From NCBI GenBank assembly GCA_038523235.1, contig JBCBJQ010000125.1, forward strand, positions 1 to 16,186: a stretch of 16,186 nt of DNA, read 5' to 3'. Under the pieces are notes generated by a model. That model was not told the DNA's origin, searched no databases, and saw nothing but the letters and a program-made list of their open reading frames with translations. Below, one piece after another: positions 7,928 through 16,186 of the stretch. The DNA is from Cyanobacteria bacterium J06626_4 (lineage in GTDB: Bacteria; Cyanobacteriota; Cyanobacteriia; Phormidesmidales; Phormidesmidaceae). The number at the start of each line of letters is the position of its first letter. Within the stretch, counting starts at the first letter, position 1. The translations under genes and the position numbers were made by a program.

Positions 7928-8410
7928 CTACCGAGGCGATACCGAAAGCTCATTTTTGAGCGTCGTGAGTTCTCCAGAGGTGAGTTCCTTAACTGCGAGT
8001 AAGGGCCACAAAAGCCCTTGAGTAAAAGAGCGAATCGCTAAAGAGAGATCAATGAAAATCTCTAGCTCTTCTGGTTTCGAGGCTTGCTTGCTGCCAATCA
8101 AATAGGCTCGCCCCGACCAGCCCACAAAGCCAGCGAAATAGAAGAAGATGGCAAAGGGAATCGCGATGTCAATGGCGCGATCGAAACGGATCTGTAAATG
8201 TGGCAGTCCATCATCGCCACAGAGTAGATTCGATGAATAGGCTTGGTAAGGTTCCTCAAAATAGTAGTTTTGTGGGGCATTCTGCAGGCGCTGTTGAAAG
8301 GCTGCTGACTCCTGACAAGGCACCAAATGAGTATCTGAGGCGGCATGTGCCGGAGGCACAATATTGATCCAGAAAAACACCACCAATACAACGGCAAAAA
8401 GCTTTCGCAT
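7928..8410 (-). CDS. psaF2: Photosystem I subunit III, far-red paralog PsaF2
   Basis: Signal peptide ending AHA, then LVPCQESAAF, LLCGDDGLPHL, GWSGRAYL and C-terminal SVSPR. An AGGAG SD lies upstream. Confidence 0.93.
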   Translation of the reverse strand: MRKLFAVVLVVFFWINIVPPAHAASDTHLVPCQESAAFQQRLQNAPQNYYFEEPYQAYSSNLLCGDDGLPHLQIRFDRAIDIAIPFAIFFYFAGFVGWSGRAYLIGSKQASKPEELEIFIDLSLAIRSFTQGLLWPLLAVKELTSGELTTLKNELSVSPR

Positions 8411-8544
8411 TCTCTGATCTCCTATGACTTAAGAGAAAACTTTAGTCTGTTTAAGTTGGGAATATCCGGCGGCAAGGGCAGAGCCCGACGGAGTTCGGAT
8501 TGAAGAATTTACTCAAATCTCTGAACACCAAGCATCTTCACCCG

Positions 8545-8778
8545 TTAGGAAGAGGATGTGGGGTCAGCACCCATGTCACCGGGTGCGACAGCTAAAAATC
8601 CGGATGATGAGCTGGTCGCATCTTGTCCCATCGCCGCCTCACTGTTGCCTTCGCGTTCAATCCAGAGAAAAATGATGGCAAAAGCGGGAAAAGGCAGAAT
8701 GTAGCAAATCAGTGGAATCATCAGCCAGGGCAGCCATGATGCGGCGTAGGCTCCGGTCATTTGAGTTGTCTCGGCCAT
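8545..8778 (-). CDS. psaI2: Photosystem I subunit VIII, far-red paralog PsaI2
   Basis: MTGAYAASWLPWLMIPL...FLWIERE core with a hydrophilic C-terminal extension. GGAGA SD; lies between psaL and psaF. Confidence 0.9.
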   Translation of the reverse strand: MAETTQMTGAYAASWLPWLMIPLICYILPFPAFAIIFLWIEREGNSEAAMGQDATSSSSGFLAVAPGDMGADPTSSS

Positions 8779-8936
8779 AATGTTTCTCCATAAATAAGCG
8801 TGTTAGTTGTTAGCGTTGCTAAGAGGTGCAAGGCAAATGGTGCAAGGTGGAAGGTGAGAAGCCATCATTCAGAGCCTTGAACCCTGAACCTCTGAACCCG
8901 AGACCCATTCCCCTTAAACTAATGACGTCTGAAAGA

Positions 8937-9506
8937 TCACCCCAAAATTCCATTGACGATCGCCTGACTCACATTCACCGCGCCGCGTAAGCTGGCATCG
9001 ATGTCACTGAAGTTTTCCAACAGTACGTAGGCAAAGATAGCCCCGCCCATGGAACCGAGTAAGATGCCGCCGCAGAGCTGAAACCAGTCTTCTTTTTGGC
9101 GCAGGGGCCGCAGCCGGTCTTGGGAGTGCAGGTTGTAAGCGCCTCGGGGATCCCCTTGAAAGGTGGCGAGGGCAAAGATCGAAATGCCCAAGCAGGCCGA
9201 GACGGTGATGTAAACGGCGGTAATCAGGCCGCTGAGATTAGCTCCGTGAGCCGTCTCACGCAGCGGCCCCACCACCACTTCTGGCCCCACGAGAAAATAG
9301 CCGTGGGCCATGCCAATCTCTAAACCCCGTAAAAACGGTGTCAGCCCTGGCCGGTAAGCTGGCAGGTTGTTGATATAGGTTTTGACCCAGCCCGAGCTGT
9401 TGATGGGGGTGGCCAAATTGCCCAACCAGGGATTGCCCTGATAGGGCTGAATGAAATCGTCTTGACTGTAGGCATTGGCCCAGTCCGGTTGTGAGGTGTC
9501 GGTCAT
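8937..9506 (-). CDS. psaL2: Photosystem I subunit XI, far-red paralog PsaL2
   Basis: GNLATPINSS and NLPAYRPGLTPFLRGLEIGMAHGYFLVGP motifs; GGAGG SD. Confidence 0.95.
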   Translation of the reverse strand: MTDTSQPDWANAYSQDDFIQPYQGNPWLGNLATPINSSGWVKTYINNLPAYRPGLTPFLRGLEIGMAHGYFLVGPEVVVGPLRETAHGANLSGLITAVYITVSACLGISIFALATFQGDPRGAYNLHSQDRLRPLRQKEDWFQLCGGILLGSMGGAIFAYVLLENFSDIDASLRGAVNVSQAIVNGILG

Positions 9507-9553
9507 CGTATCGCCCTCCGAATTAGCATGTGTTCAGCGCTTGAATAATGAGG

Positions 9554-9634
9554 AAACGAAGCCCTGGCCGCTGAACCTCGACCAGGACTCGTTTGGTAGT
9601 TGAGTTCTCACTGCTGAACCTCAGTCAGAACTCA
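9554..9634 (-). promoter_or_regulatory. Two tandem stem-loops with an identical 8-nt loop in the psaL2 leader
   Basis: Stems 9554-9570/9579-9594 and 9601-9613/9622-9634; both loops read CTGAACCT on + (AGGUUCAG in mRNA). Confidence 0.55.
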
Positions 9635-9664
9635 TTCTGGGACGAGGAGAGTCCGCAGAACTGG

Positions 9665-9690
9665 GGCTGGGGGCGATCCGCCCCCCAGCC
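9665..9690 (-). terminator. GC-rich stem-loop immediately after the psaB2 stop
   Basis: GGCTGGGGG / CCCCCAGCC 9-bp stem. With no strong U-tract, it may be a stabilising or processing hairpin. Confidence 0.5.
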
Positions 9691-9699
9691 AAGGAGCCA

Positions 9700-11931
9700 T
9701 CACGGGAAGCGGCTAGCCGTTGACGCAATCAGGAAAGCACCATAGGTGGCGATATAGCCGACCGTGAAATGGGTGAGGCCGACGAGCCGGGCCTGCACAA
9801 TGGAAAGGGCCACGGGCTTGTCTTTGGGATAGCCAAAAGACAGCGGCGTATTTTCGTGCGCCCACATCAGCGTTTCGATCAGTTCTTGCCAGTAGCCGCG
9901 CCAGGTAATCAAGAACATAAAGCTGATGGCCCAGATCAGATGACCAAAGAGGAAGATCCAAGCCCAGATGGCCAGATTGTTCGTGCCCGTCGGGCTATAG
10001 CCGTTGATCAGCTGAGCCGAATTCAACCACAGGTAGTCGCGGAACCAGCCCATTAGGTAGGTCGAACTTTCATTGAACTGAGCGACATTCCCGCTCCAAA
10101 CTGACAGATGTTTCCAGTGCCAGTAGAAGGTAATCCACCCGAGGGAGTTCAACATCCAGAACATGCCGAGATAAACGGAATCCCAAGCGGAGATGTCGCA
10201 AGTACCACCCCGACCCGGCCCATCACAGGGGAAGCTGTAGCCGAAGTCTTTTTTATCGGGCATGAGCTTCGACCCGCGCGCATCCAGAGCGCCTTTCACC
10301 AAAACGAGGGTGGTGACGTGGAGGCCGAGCGCGATCGCGTGGTGCACCAAAAAGTCTCCCGGCCCGATGGTCAAAAACAGCGAGTTCGCCCCGTTGTTAA
10401 TGCCCTCTAGCCAACCGGGCAACCAAACGTTGCCGTAATTGGGCCAGGCCGTCGTCGCCACACTATCGGGGTTGGATAGCAGGGAACTGATGCCGTAGAG
10501 CGTTTTGCCATGGAAAGCTTGAATCCATTGGGCAAACACCGGCTCCACCAAGATCTGTTTCTCAGCGGCGCCAAAGGCTACCTCACAGTCGTTGTGCACG
10601 TAGAGACCGAGGGTATGAAAGCCGAGGAAGAGCGACACCCAGCTCAGGTGCGAGATGATCGCTTCCTTGTGATCCAACACGCGGGCTAGCACATTATCGA
10701 CATTCGCCTGAGGGTCATAATCGCGAACCAGGAAGATCGCGCCGTGGGCAAACGCCCCCACCATCAGGAAGCCCGCAATGTACTGGTGATGAGTATAAAG
10801 CGCCGACATGGTGGTGTAATCGCCGGCCATAAAGGCATAGGGCGGCATGGAATACATGTGCTGCGCCACCAGGGAACAGACCACCCCCAACCCGGCTAAA
10901 TGCCAGCCCAACTGAAAATGTAGGGAGTTGTTGTAGGTGTCGTAAATGCCCTGGTGACCGCGCCCGGTATTCGGCGCAATGAAGAATCCTTTCCACCCTG
11001 GTCCCTGCACGGCTTCGGTCATTTCTTTAATGCTGTGACCGATGCCAAAGTTGGTGCGGTACATGTGACCCGCAAAGATAAAGAGCACCGCGATCGCCAG
11101 ATGGTGATGGGCCATATCGGTCAGCCACAGCGATTCCGTTTGGGGATGGAAGCCGCCTAAAAACGTGAGCATGGCGGTACCGGCACCCTGGCTGGTATTA
11201 AACACATGCTCAGCCGTGTCAGGATTCTGGGCATAAACGCCCCAGTTGCCGGTGAAGAACGGCACTAGTCCCGCTGGATGCGGCGGCATCGCGAGGAAGT
11301 TATCCCACCCGACGTGCTGCCCCCGTGATTCGGGAATGGCCACATGCACCAAGTGCCCCGTCCAAGCTAAGGAACTGACGCCAAACAGACCCGCCAGGTG
11401 GTGGTTGAGCCGGGATTCGGCATTCTTAAACCAGGCCAAACTGGGCCGGAACTTAGGCTGTAGGTGCAGCCACCCGGCATAGAGCATGACGCCCGCCACC
11501 AGTAGCAAAAACAGCGAACCGACAAACAGGTCGGTGTTGGTGCGCATGCCGATGGTGTACCACCAGTGATACACCCCGGAGTAGCAAATATCGACCGGAT
11601 TGCGGGCTCCGGCTTGGGTGTAAGCTTCAATCGCCGCTGGGCCAAACTGGGGATCCCAAATTGCGTGGGCAATGGGTTTAGTGTTCAGCGGATCTTGAAC
11701 CCACTGTTCAAAGTTGCCTTGCCAGGCCACATGAAACAAAATGCCCGATATCCATAAAAAGATAATGGCGAGATGACCAAAGTGGGAGGCAAAAATCCGC
11801 TGATACAGATTCTCCTCCGTCATCCCATCGTGGCTTTCAAAATCATGAGCCGTGGCGATCGCATAGAAGACTCGACGAGTGGTCGGGTCTCGCTGCAAAT
11901 CCTGACTAAATTTCGGAAATTTTGTCGCCAT
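9700..11931 (-). CDS. psaB2: Photosystem I P700 apoprotein A2, far-red paralog PsaB2
   Basis: [13 protein letters not shown]-terminus, FX motif [23 protein letters not shown]. Divergent segments ([22 protein letters not shown]) and the cluster context indicate the far-red paralog. Confidence 0.97.
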   Translation of the reverse strand: MATKFPKFSQDLQRDPTTRRVFYAIATAHDFESHDGMTEENLYQRIFASHFGHLAIIFLWISGILFHVAWQGNFEQWVQDPLNTKPIAHAIWDPQFGPAAIEAYTQAGARNPVDICYSGVYHWWYTIGMRTNTDLFVGSLFLLLVAGVMLYAGWLHLQPKFRPSLAWFKNAESRLNHHLAGLFGVSSLAWTGHLVHVAIPESRGQHVGWDNFLAMPPHPAGLVPFFTGNWGVYAQNPDTAEHVFNTSQGAGTAMLTFLGGFHPQTESLWLTDMAHHHLAIAVLFIFAGHMYRTNFGIGHSIKEMTEAVQGPGWKGFFIAPNTGRGHQGIYDTYNNSLHFQLGWHLAGLGVVCSLVAQHMYSMPPYAFMAGDYTTMSALYTHHQYIAGFLMVGAFAHGAIFLVRDYDPQANVDNVLARVLDHKEAIISHLSWVSLFLGFHTLGLYVHNDCEVAFGAAEKQILVEPVFAQWIQAFHGKTLYGISSLLSNPDSVATTAWPNYGNVWLPGWLEGINNGANSLFLTIGPGDFLVHHAIALGLHVTTLVLVKGALDARGSKLMPDKKDFGYSFPCDGPGRGGTCDISAWDSVYLGMFWMLNSLGWITFYWHWKHLSVWSGNVAQFNESSTYLMGWFRDYLWLNSAQLINGYSPTGTNNLAIWAWIFLFGHLIWAISFMFLITWRGYWQELIETLMWAHENTPLSFGYPKDKPVALSIVQARLVGLTHFTVGYIATYGAFLIASTASRFP

Positions 11932-11981
11932 AGTTCGAAATTGGGTTGAAAGAGACAGATGTCAAACGGGAAATGAATGGG

Positions 11982-12018
11982 GTGGCTAGGAGCCGCATCG
12001 AGTCCGGTTCCTAGCCAC
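11982..12018 (-). other. Stem-loop in the psaA2-psaB2 spacer
   Basis: GTGGCTAGGA / TCCTAGCCAC 10-bp perfect arms, extended by CCG/CGG. Confidence 0.55.
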
Positions 12019-12062
12019 GGGCCGCGCGGGAGTTTCTGCAGAGAAACCCACAGCCGCGATCG

Positions 12063-14420
12063 CTACCCCAGCGCCGCCATGCGGGCTAAGAAAAAGGCCC
12101 AGGTGGTGACAATGCCGCCCAAGAGATAATGGGCTGCCCCCACCGCGCGTCCTTGCGTGATGCTCAGCGCGCGGGGTTGAATCGCCGTGGTGATTTTCAG
12201 CTTGTTGTGCGCCCACACGATGGACTCAATCAGCTCTTGCCAGTAGCCGCGACCGCTGAACAAGAACATCAAACTGAAACCAAAGACGAAGTGCCCCGCC
12301 AGGAAAATCAGGCCGTAGGCCGAGAGCGCCGACCCATAGGAGCCAATCACCTGCGACGCCTGCGCCCAGAGAAAGTCGCGCAGCCAGCCATTGTTCGTAA
12401 TGGACGATTGGGCAAAGTTACCGGCTGTGAGATGGGATATCGTGCCGTCGGCATTCACCGTGCCCCACACATCCGACTGCATCTTCCAAAAGAAGTGGAA
12501 AATTACAATCGACAGGCAGTTGTACATCCAGAACAGCCCGAGAAAGACGTGGTCCCAAGCGGAGACCTGGCAGGTGCCGCCACGACCGGGGCCATCACAG
12601 GGGAACCGGAAACCCAGCTCACCTTTATCGGGAATTAGCCGCGAACTGCGGGCAAACAGCACGCCCTTGAGCAGTACTAGCACCGTCACGTGAATGGTGA
12701 AAGCGTGAATATGGTGAATCAAGAAATCGGCGGTTCCTAGTTGGATCGGCATCATCGCCACCTTGCCGCCGACGGCCACCACCCCGCCGCCAAAGGCATG
12801 GCTGATGGGGTTGACGACACCGGGCACCGTCGTACCCAGGCCTGCCAGATCGATATTGCGCGCGCCCCCAAACACATCGCCTAACGGCTGAGCGGCTTGC
12901 ACCGCTGGGTTGTTAATCGCCATCGTGTGAATGTGCTGCACCCACTGGGCAAACACTGGTTGGAGCTGAATTCCCGTATCGGAAAACATGTCTTGTGGGC
13001 GACCAAAAGCACGCATGGTGTCGTTGTGACAGTACATGGCGAAACTGTGGAAGCCAAGGAACTGACAGACCCACACCAGGTGAGAAATAATGGTGTCGCG
13101 GTGACGCAGCACCCGATCTAACACGTTGTTGACGTGGTCAGCGGGGTTGTAGTCCCGCACTAAGAAGATGGCCGCATGGGCTGCCCCGCCGACGATGCAG
13201 AACCCGGCAATCCACACGTGATGAGTAAAGAGCGAGGTCACCGTGGCGTAGTCAGTGGCCAGATACGGGTAGGGCGGCATCGCATACATGTGATGGGCCA
13301 CCAGCAAACTGGCGGTGCCAAACTGCACCAGGTGAATCGCTAGATTGGCGTGCCAAGAGGTTTCAAAGATTTTGTCGAGCCCCCGGTGCCCCACTGGCCC
13401 AAGAAAGCTAAAGAGGGGGAACAGTTTTGGGGTACGAGCATCATCCAACAGCTCTCGGAAGGAATGGCCGATGCCCCAGTTGGTGCGGTAGAAGTGTCCC
13501 GCCACAATAAAGAGCACCGCGATCGCCACATGATGGTGCGCGATATCCGTCATCCACAAGCCACCCGTGACTGGATTAAGCCCCCCCTTAAAGGTGAGGA
13601 AATCGGTGTAGGCCGACCAGTTAAACGTGAAAAACGGCTTGACGCCCTGGGCAAAGCTGGGGAACATCTCCACCATCAAACTCTTATTGAGAATGAATTC
13701 ATGGGGCAACGGCACATCGTTCGGCGCCACCCCGGCATCCATCAGCCGATTGGTCGGCACCGCCACGTGAATCAAATGCCCCGCCCAGCCTAAGCTGCCC
13801 ATACCCAGCAGTCCGGCTAGGTGGTGGTTCATCATCGATTCCCAATTGCGGAACCATTCCAGCTTGGGCGCTCGCACATGGTAGTGAAACCAGCCCGCAA
13901 ACAGCATCACGGCGGCCATCACCAGCGCCCCCATCGCCGTCCAAAAGAGCTGGAACTCATGGGTAAAGCCCTGGCCGCGCCACATTTGGAAGAGGCCCGA
14001 GGTGATTTGAATGCCGTGGAAGCCGCCCCCCATATCCGCGTTGAGAATCTCTTGACCAACGAGGGGCCAGACAATCTGAGCGCTGGGCTTGAGGTTAATT
14101 GGGTCGGCCATCCAAGCGGAAAAATTGGAAAACCGAGCGCCATGAAAATACATGCCGCTGAGCCAGATAAAGATGATGGCTAGGTGACCAAAGTGCGCCG
14201 AGAAGATTTTGCGAGAAACATCTTCTAAATCACTGGTGTGACTATCAAAATCATGGGCATCGGCATGCAGATCCCAAATCCAAGTGGTGGTTTTGGGGCC
14301 TCGGGCCAGGGTGCGGTCGAAATGTCCCGGTTTGGCCCACTTCTCAAAAGAGGTGGGCACCGGGTTTTGATCGACGGTGACCTGCACCGGTTGCCTCTGC
14401 TTCGGAGGACTGGTAGTCAT
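12063..14420 (-). CDS. psaA2: Photosystem I P700 apoprotein A1, far-red paralog PsaA2
   Basis: [34 protein letters not shown]. 785 aa with loop insertions and the divergent [13 protein letters not shown] segment of far-red PsaA; GGAGG SD. Confidence 0.97.
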   Translation of the reverse strand: MTTSPPKQRQPVQVTVDQNPVPTSFEKWAKPGHFDRTLARGPKTTTWIWDLHADAHDFDSHTSDLEDVSRKIFSAHFGHLAIIFIWLSGMYFHGARFSNFSAWMADPINLKPSAQIVWPLVGQEILNADMGGGFHGIQITSGLFQMWRGQGFTHEFQLFWTAMGALVMAAVMLFAGWFHYHVRAPKLEWFRNWESMMNHHLAGLLGMGSLGWAGHLIHVAVPTNRLMDAGVAPNDVPLPHEFILNKSLMVEMFPSFAQGVKPFFTFNWSAYTDFLTFKGGLNPVTGGLWMTDIAHHHVAIAVLFIVAGHFYRTNWGIGHSFRELLDDARTPKLFPLFSFLGPVGHRGLDKIFETSWHANLAIHLVQFGTASLLVAHHMYAMPPYPYLATDYATVTSLFTHHVWIAGFCIVGGAAHAAIFLVRDYNPADHVNNVLDRVLRHRDTIISHLVWVCQFLGFHSFAMYCHNDTMRAFGRPQDMFSDTGIQLQPVFAQWVQHIHTMAINNPAVQAAQPLGDVFGGARNIDLAGLGTTVPGVVNPISHAFGGGVVAVGGKVAMMPIQLGTADFLIHHIHAFTIHVTVLVLLKGVLFARSSRLIPDKGELGFRFPCDGPGRGGTCQVSAWDHVFLGLFWMYNCLSIVIFHFFWKMQSDVWGTVNADGTISHLTAGNFAQSSITNNGWLRDFLWAQASQVIGSYGSALSAYGLIFLAGHFVFGFSLMFLFSGRGYWQELIESIVWAHNKLKITTAIQPRALSITQGRAVGAAHYLLGGIVTTWAFFLARMAALG

Positions 14421-14526
14421 TAAAACCTCCTACGTTTACTCAATAAAAGTGATGATGGTGAACGGGTGGCAAAAGGGGCCTCATCAGCCCCCCTGCCGAG
14501 GTCGGCGGCGAGTGGATCAGCACTCG

Positions 14527-15780
14527 TCAGCTGGTGGGGATGGCTGGGGCGATCGCGCCCGACAGCTGCCTGCCCGTGAGCGCTTGCGCCGGGGCATCGG
14601 GGTCTACCGCCAGCCCCAGACTGGCAGCCTCCGGCGTTGCGGCTTCGCCCAAAAAGGTGGGAAAGGTGGACTGCTCAGTCTCTGCCAGCACATGCATGCC
14701 CAGATTGGCCTGGGTCACAATGTCGGCCCAAGTGGGCACCACCGCTTTTTGGAGGCCGCCCCCGGCCGCTTGACTAGCAAACTGATCAAACCCGAAGGCG
14801 GCCATATCAATGCCCATCGCCGCCGACCAGATGCCCGCCACCGGCAAGGCCGCCAGGAAAAAGTGCAGCGATCGCGCTGACTTAAAACTCGCCCCGCGCC
14901 AGAGTAATTTTTGTTGATTGATCTGCAGATGTCTCAGGCTATAGGCCCCGTGGGGGTTGTCATGCCAGCGTCGCTGGGACGCCGCCGGGGTTGGGCGATG
15001 GCGAATCAGCGCCGACGTGACCAATGAGCCATGCACGGCACAGAGAAACGACCCGCCAAAGACCCCAATCACGCCAATTTGGTGAAACGGGTTAGCCAGG
15101 ATATTGTGATCAGCCTGGAACTGCAGCATGAACGTAAACGTGCCCGAAATGCCCAAGGGCATGCCCGCGGCAAAGCCGCCTTGGCCAATGGGGTAAATCA
15201 GCAATACCGATACGGCCGCCGCCACCGGGGCAGTAAAGGCGAGCGATACCCAGGGCCGCATTCCCAGTCGGTAACTGAGTTCCCATTCCCGATCTTGATA
15301 GGCAATGATGCCAATCAAGAAGTGCAGCACAATGAGCTGATAGGGGCCGCCATTAATCAGCCACTCCTGCATCGAAGCGGCTTCCCAAAGGGGATAAAAA
15401 TGCAGCCCCACAGCGGGTGAAGTGGGCACGACGGCAGCAGTAATCAGATTATTGCCGCTGAATAACGACCCCGCGATGAGCCCGCCAGCGCCGTCAATAT
15501 CCACCGGGGGGGCCGCCACAAAGGCCAGCAAAAAGACGATGGCCGCTGTGGATAAGGTCGGAATCATCAAGATGCCAAACCAGCCGACATAAATACGATT
15601 GTCAGTGCTGGTAACCCAGCGGCAAAAGCGCTCCCACAAATTAATGGGGCGCGCAATTTTGGCATCGTCAGAATGAATGGGAGGTGCAATAGTCACGTCA
15701 CTTATGGGTTTCCTAGAGGGTGAGACGCCTGCGATTTGGTCAGGACGATCGAGGGCGATCGCTCTACCAAACTGTGTCAT
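14527..15780 (-). CDS. chlF: Chlorophyll f synthase ChlF (super-rogue D1, PsbA4), 417 aa
   Basis: D1 homolog with the diagnostic YQDREWE (QD replacing MG). Yz-His pair retained; Mn ligands altered (D170A, E189D, H332A, D342F by manual alignment). ATG 15780 has an AGGAG SD 7 nt upstream and is preferred over 15873. Confidence 0.95.
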   Translation of the reverse strand: MTQFGRAIALDRPDQIAGVSPSRKPISDVTIAPPIHSDDAKIARPINLWERFCRWVTSTDNRIYVGWFGILMIPTLSTAAIVFLLAFVAAPPVDIDGAGGLIAGSLFSGNNLITAAVVPTSPAVGLHFYPLWEAASMQEWLINGGPYQLIVLHFLIGIIAYQDREWELSYRLGMRPWVSLAFTAPVAAAVSVLLIYPIGQGGFAAGMPLGISGTFTFMLQFQADHNILANPFHQIGVIGVFGGSFLCAVHGSLVTSALIRHRPTPAASQRRWHDNPHGAYSLRHLQINQQKLLWRGASFKSARSLHFFLAALPVAGIWSAAMGIDMAAFGFDQFASQAAGGGLQKAVVPTWADIVTQANLGMHVLAETEQSTFPTFLGEAATPEAASLGLAVDPDAPAQALTGRQLSGAIAPAIPTS

Positions 15781-15868
15781 CTTAAAGCTCCTATTTTCAT
15801 AAATTATTCGATGCCAAAAAGTGTTGTTAACTGGCTCTCTGCTGGCATCAAAGCCAAGCCAGAAATTA

Positions 15869-15908
15869 TCCATTAATGCCTGTTCTCAAGCCAACAGACA
15901 TTAATGGA
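15869..15908 (-). promoter_or_regulatory. 16-bp hairpin upstream of chlF
   Basis: TCCATTAATGCCTGTT / AACAGACATTAATGGA; the single mismatch is a G-U pair on minus-strand RNA. Confidence 0.55.
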
Positions 15909-15985
15909 ATTTGCAGTAATCAGACCTGCTTGCAGTGACTAGTTTGGGCCACTTCAAACAGAAAACTGTAAGTTTTATTATCCTC

Positions 15986-16016
15986 AACTCATCTGCTTAA
16001 AAGCAGCAGATGAGTT
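15986..16016. promoter_or_regulatory. 12-bp perfect inverted repeat upstream of chlF
   Basis: AACTCATCTGCT-N7-AGCAGATGAGTT. Confidence 0.5.
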
Positions 16017-16186
16017 CCCGAGTGCCTTCCTCTATGAGGAGAGGACAGCACTATTTTTCTTGAACCTAATCAAGATCATCAGGAAGACAGAGAATGAATT
16101 GGTGAATCGACTGATCGCGATTAGTAAAGCAAGGTAAGCAAAAAAAATAAAAAACTAGTGAAGATGAATCAGCACAAGTGCTGATT

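Larger units (their letters stand above)
2159..15762. repeat. Dispersed HIP1 octamers (GCGATCGC)
   Basis: At least 15 copies seen by eye (e.g. 2159, 2454, 3192, 4680, 5443, 6030, 10331, 12056, 15755); none in 1-2150. Confidence 0.9.

Noticed and set aside
9713..14183. Many antisense and alternate-frame ORFs within psaA2/psaB2
   Set aside because: Shadow ORFs expected in GC-rich coding DNA; no recognisable motifs.
14377..15420. Plus-strand ORFs (167, 79 and 129 aa) opposite chlF
   Set aside because: Antisense shadows with low-complexity or non-family-like composition.
2201..15780. Claiming the cluster is a previously undescribed system
   Set aside because: All ten genes match the established FaRLiP components. 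Only the gene arrangement and non-coding elements might be new.
14527..15873. Calling this gene a normal psbA (D1) or a pseudogene, or using the 15873 start
   Set aside because: The frame is intact, and the QD motif, lost Mn ligands and context identify ChlF. ATG 15873 lacks an SD and lies in a hairpin, whereas 15780 has AGGAG.

Overview
Cyanobacterial DNA; the HIP1 octamer GCGATCGC is frequent from ~2.15 kb onward. Most of the window (2201-15780, all minus strand) is part of a far-red light photoacclimation (FaRLiP) cluster, in the order chlF (psbA4, chlorophyll f synthase) - psaA2 - psaB2 - psaL2 - psaI2 - psaF2 - psaJ2 - rfpB - rfpA - rfpC. psaJ2 was missed by the ORF track. FaRLiP is a known system, not a new one, and its PSII and allophycocyanin paralogs are not in this window. 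The left ~2.1 kb lacks HIP1, is AT-rich over its first ~900 bp, and looks like the end of a foreign island: a 5'-truncated PD-(D/E)xK nuclease-like ORF, a degenerate attC-like fold, and a perfect 20-bp direct repeat 705 bp apart. The least expected signals are non-coding: twin hairpins with identical loops upstream of psaL2, a three-copy REP-like element overlapping the candidate rfpA start codons, a 38-bp perfect palindrome after psaJ2, and hairpins upstream of chlF. All calls come from reading the sequence by eye; no searches were run.
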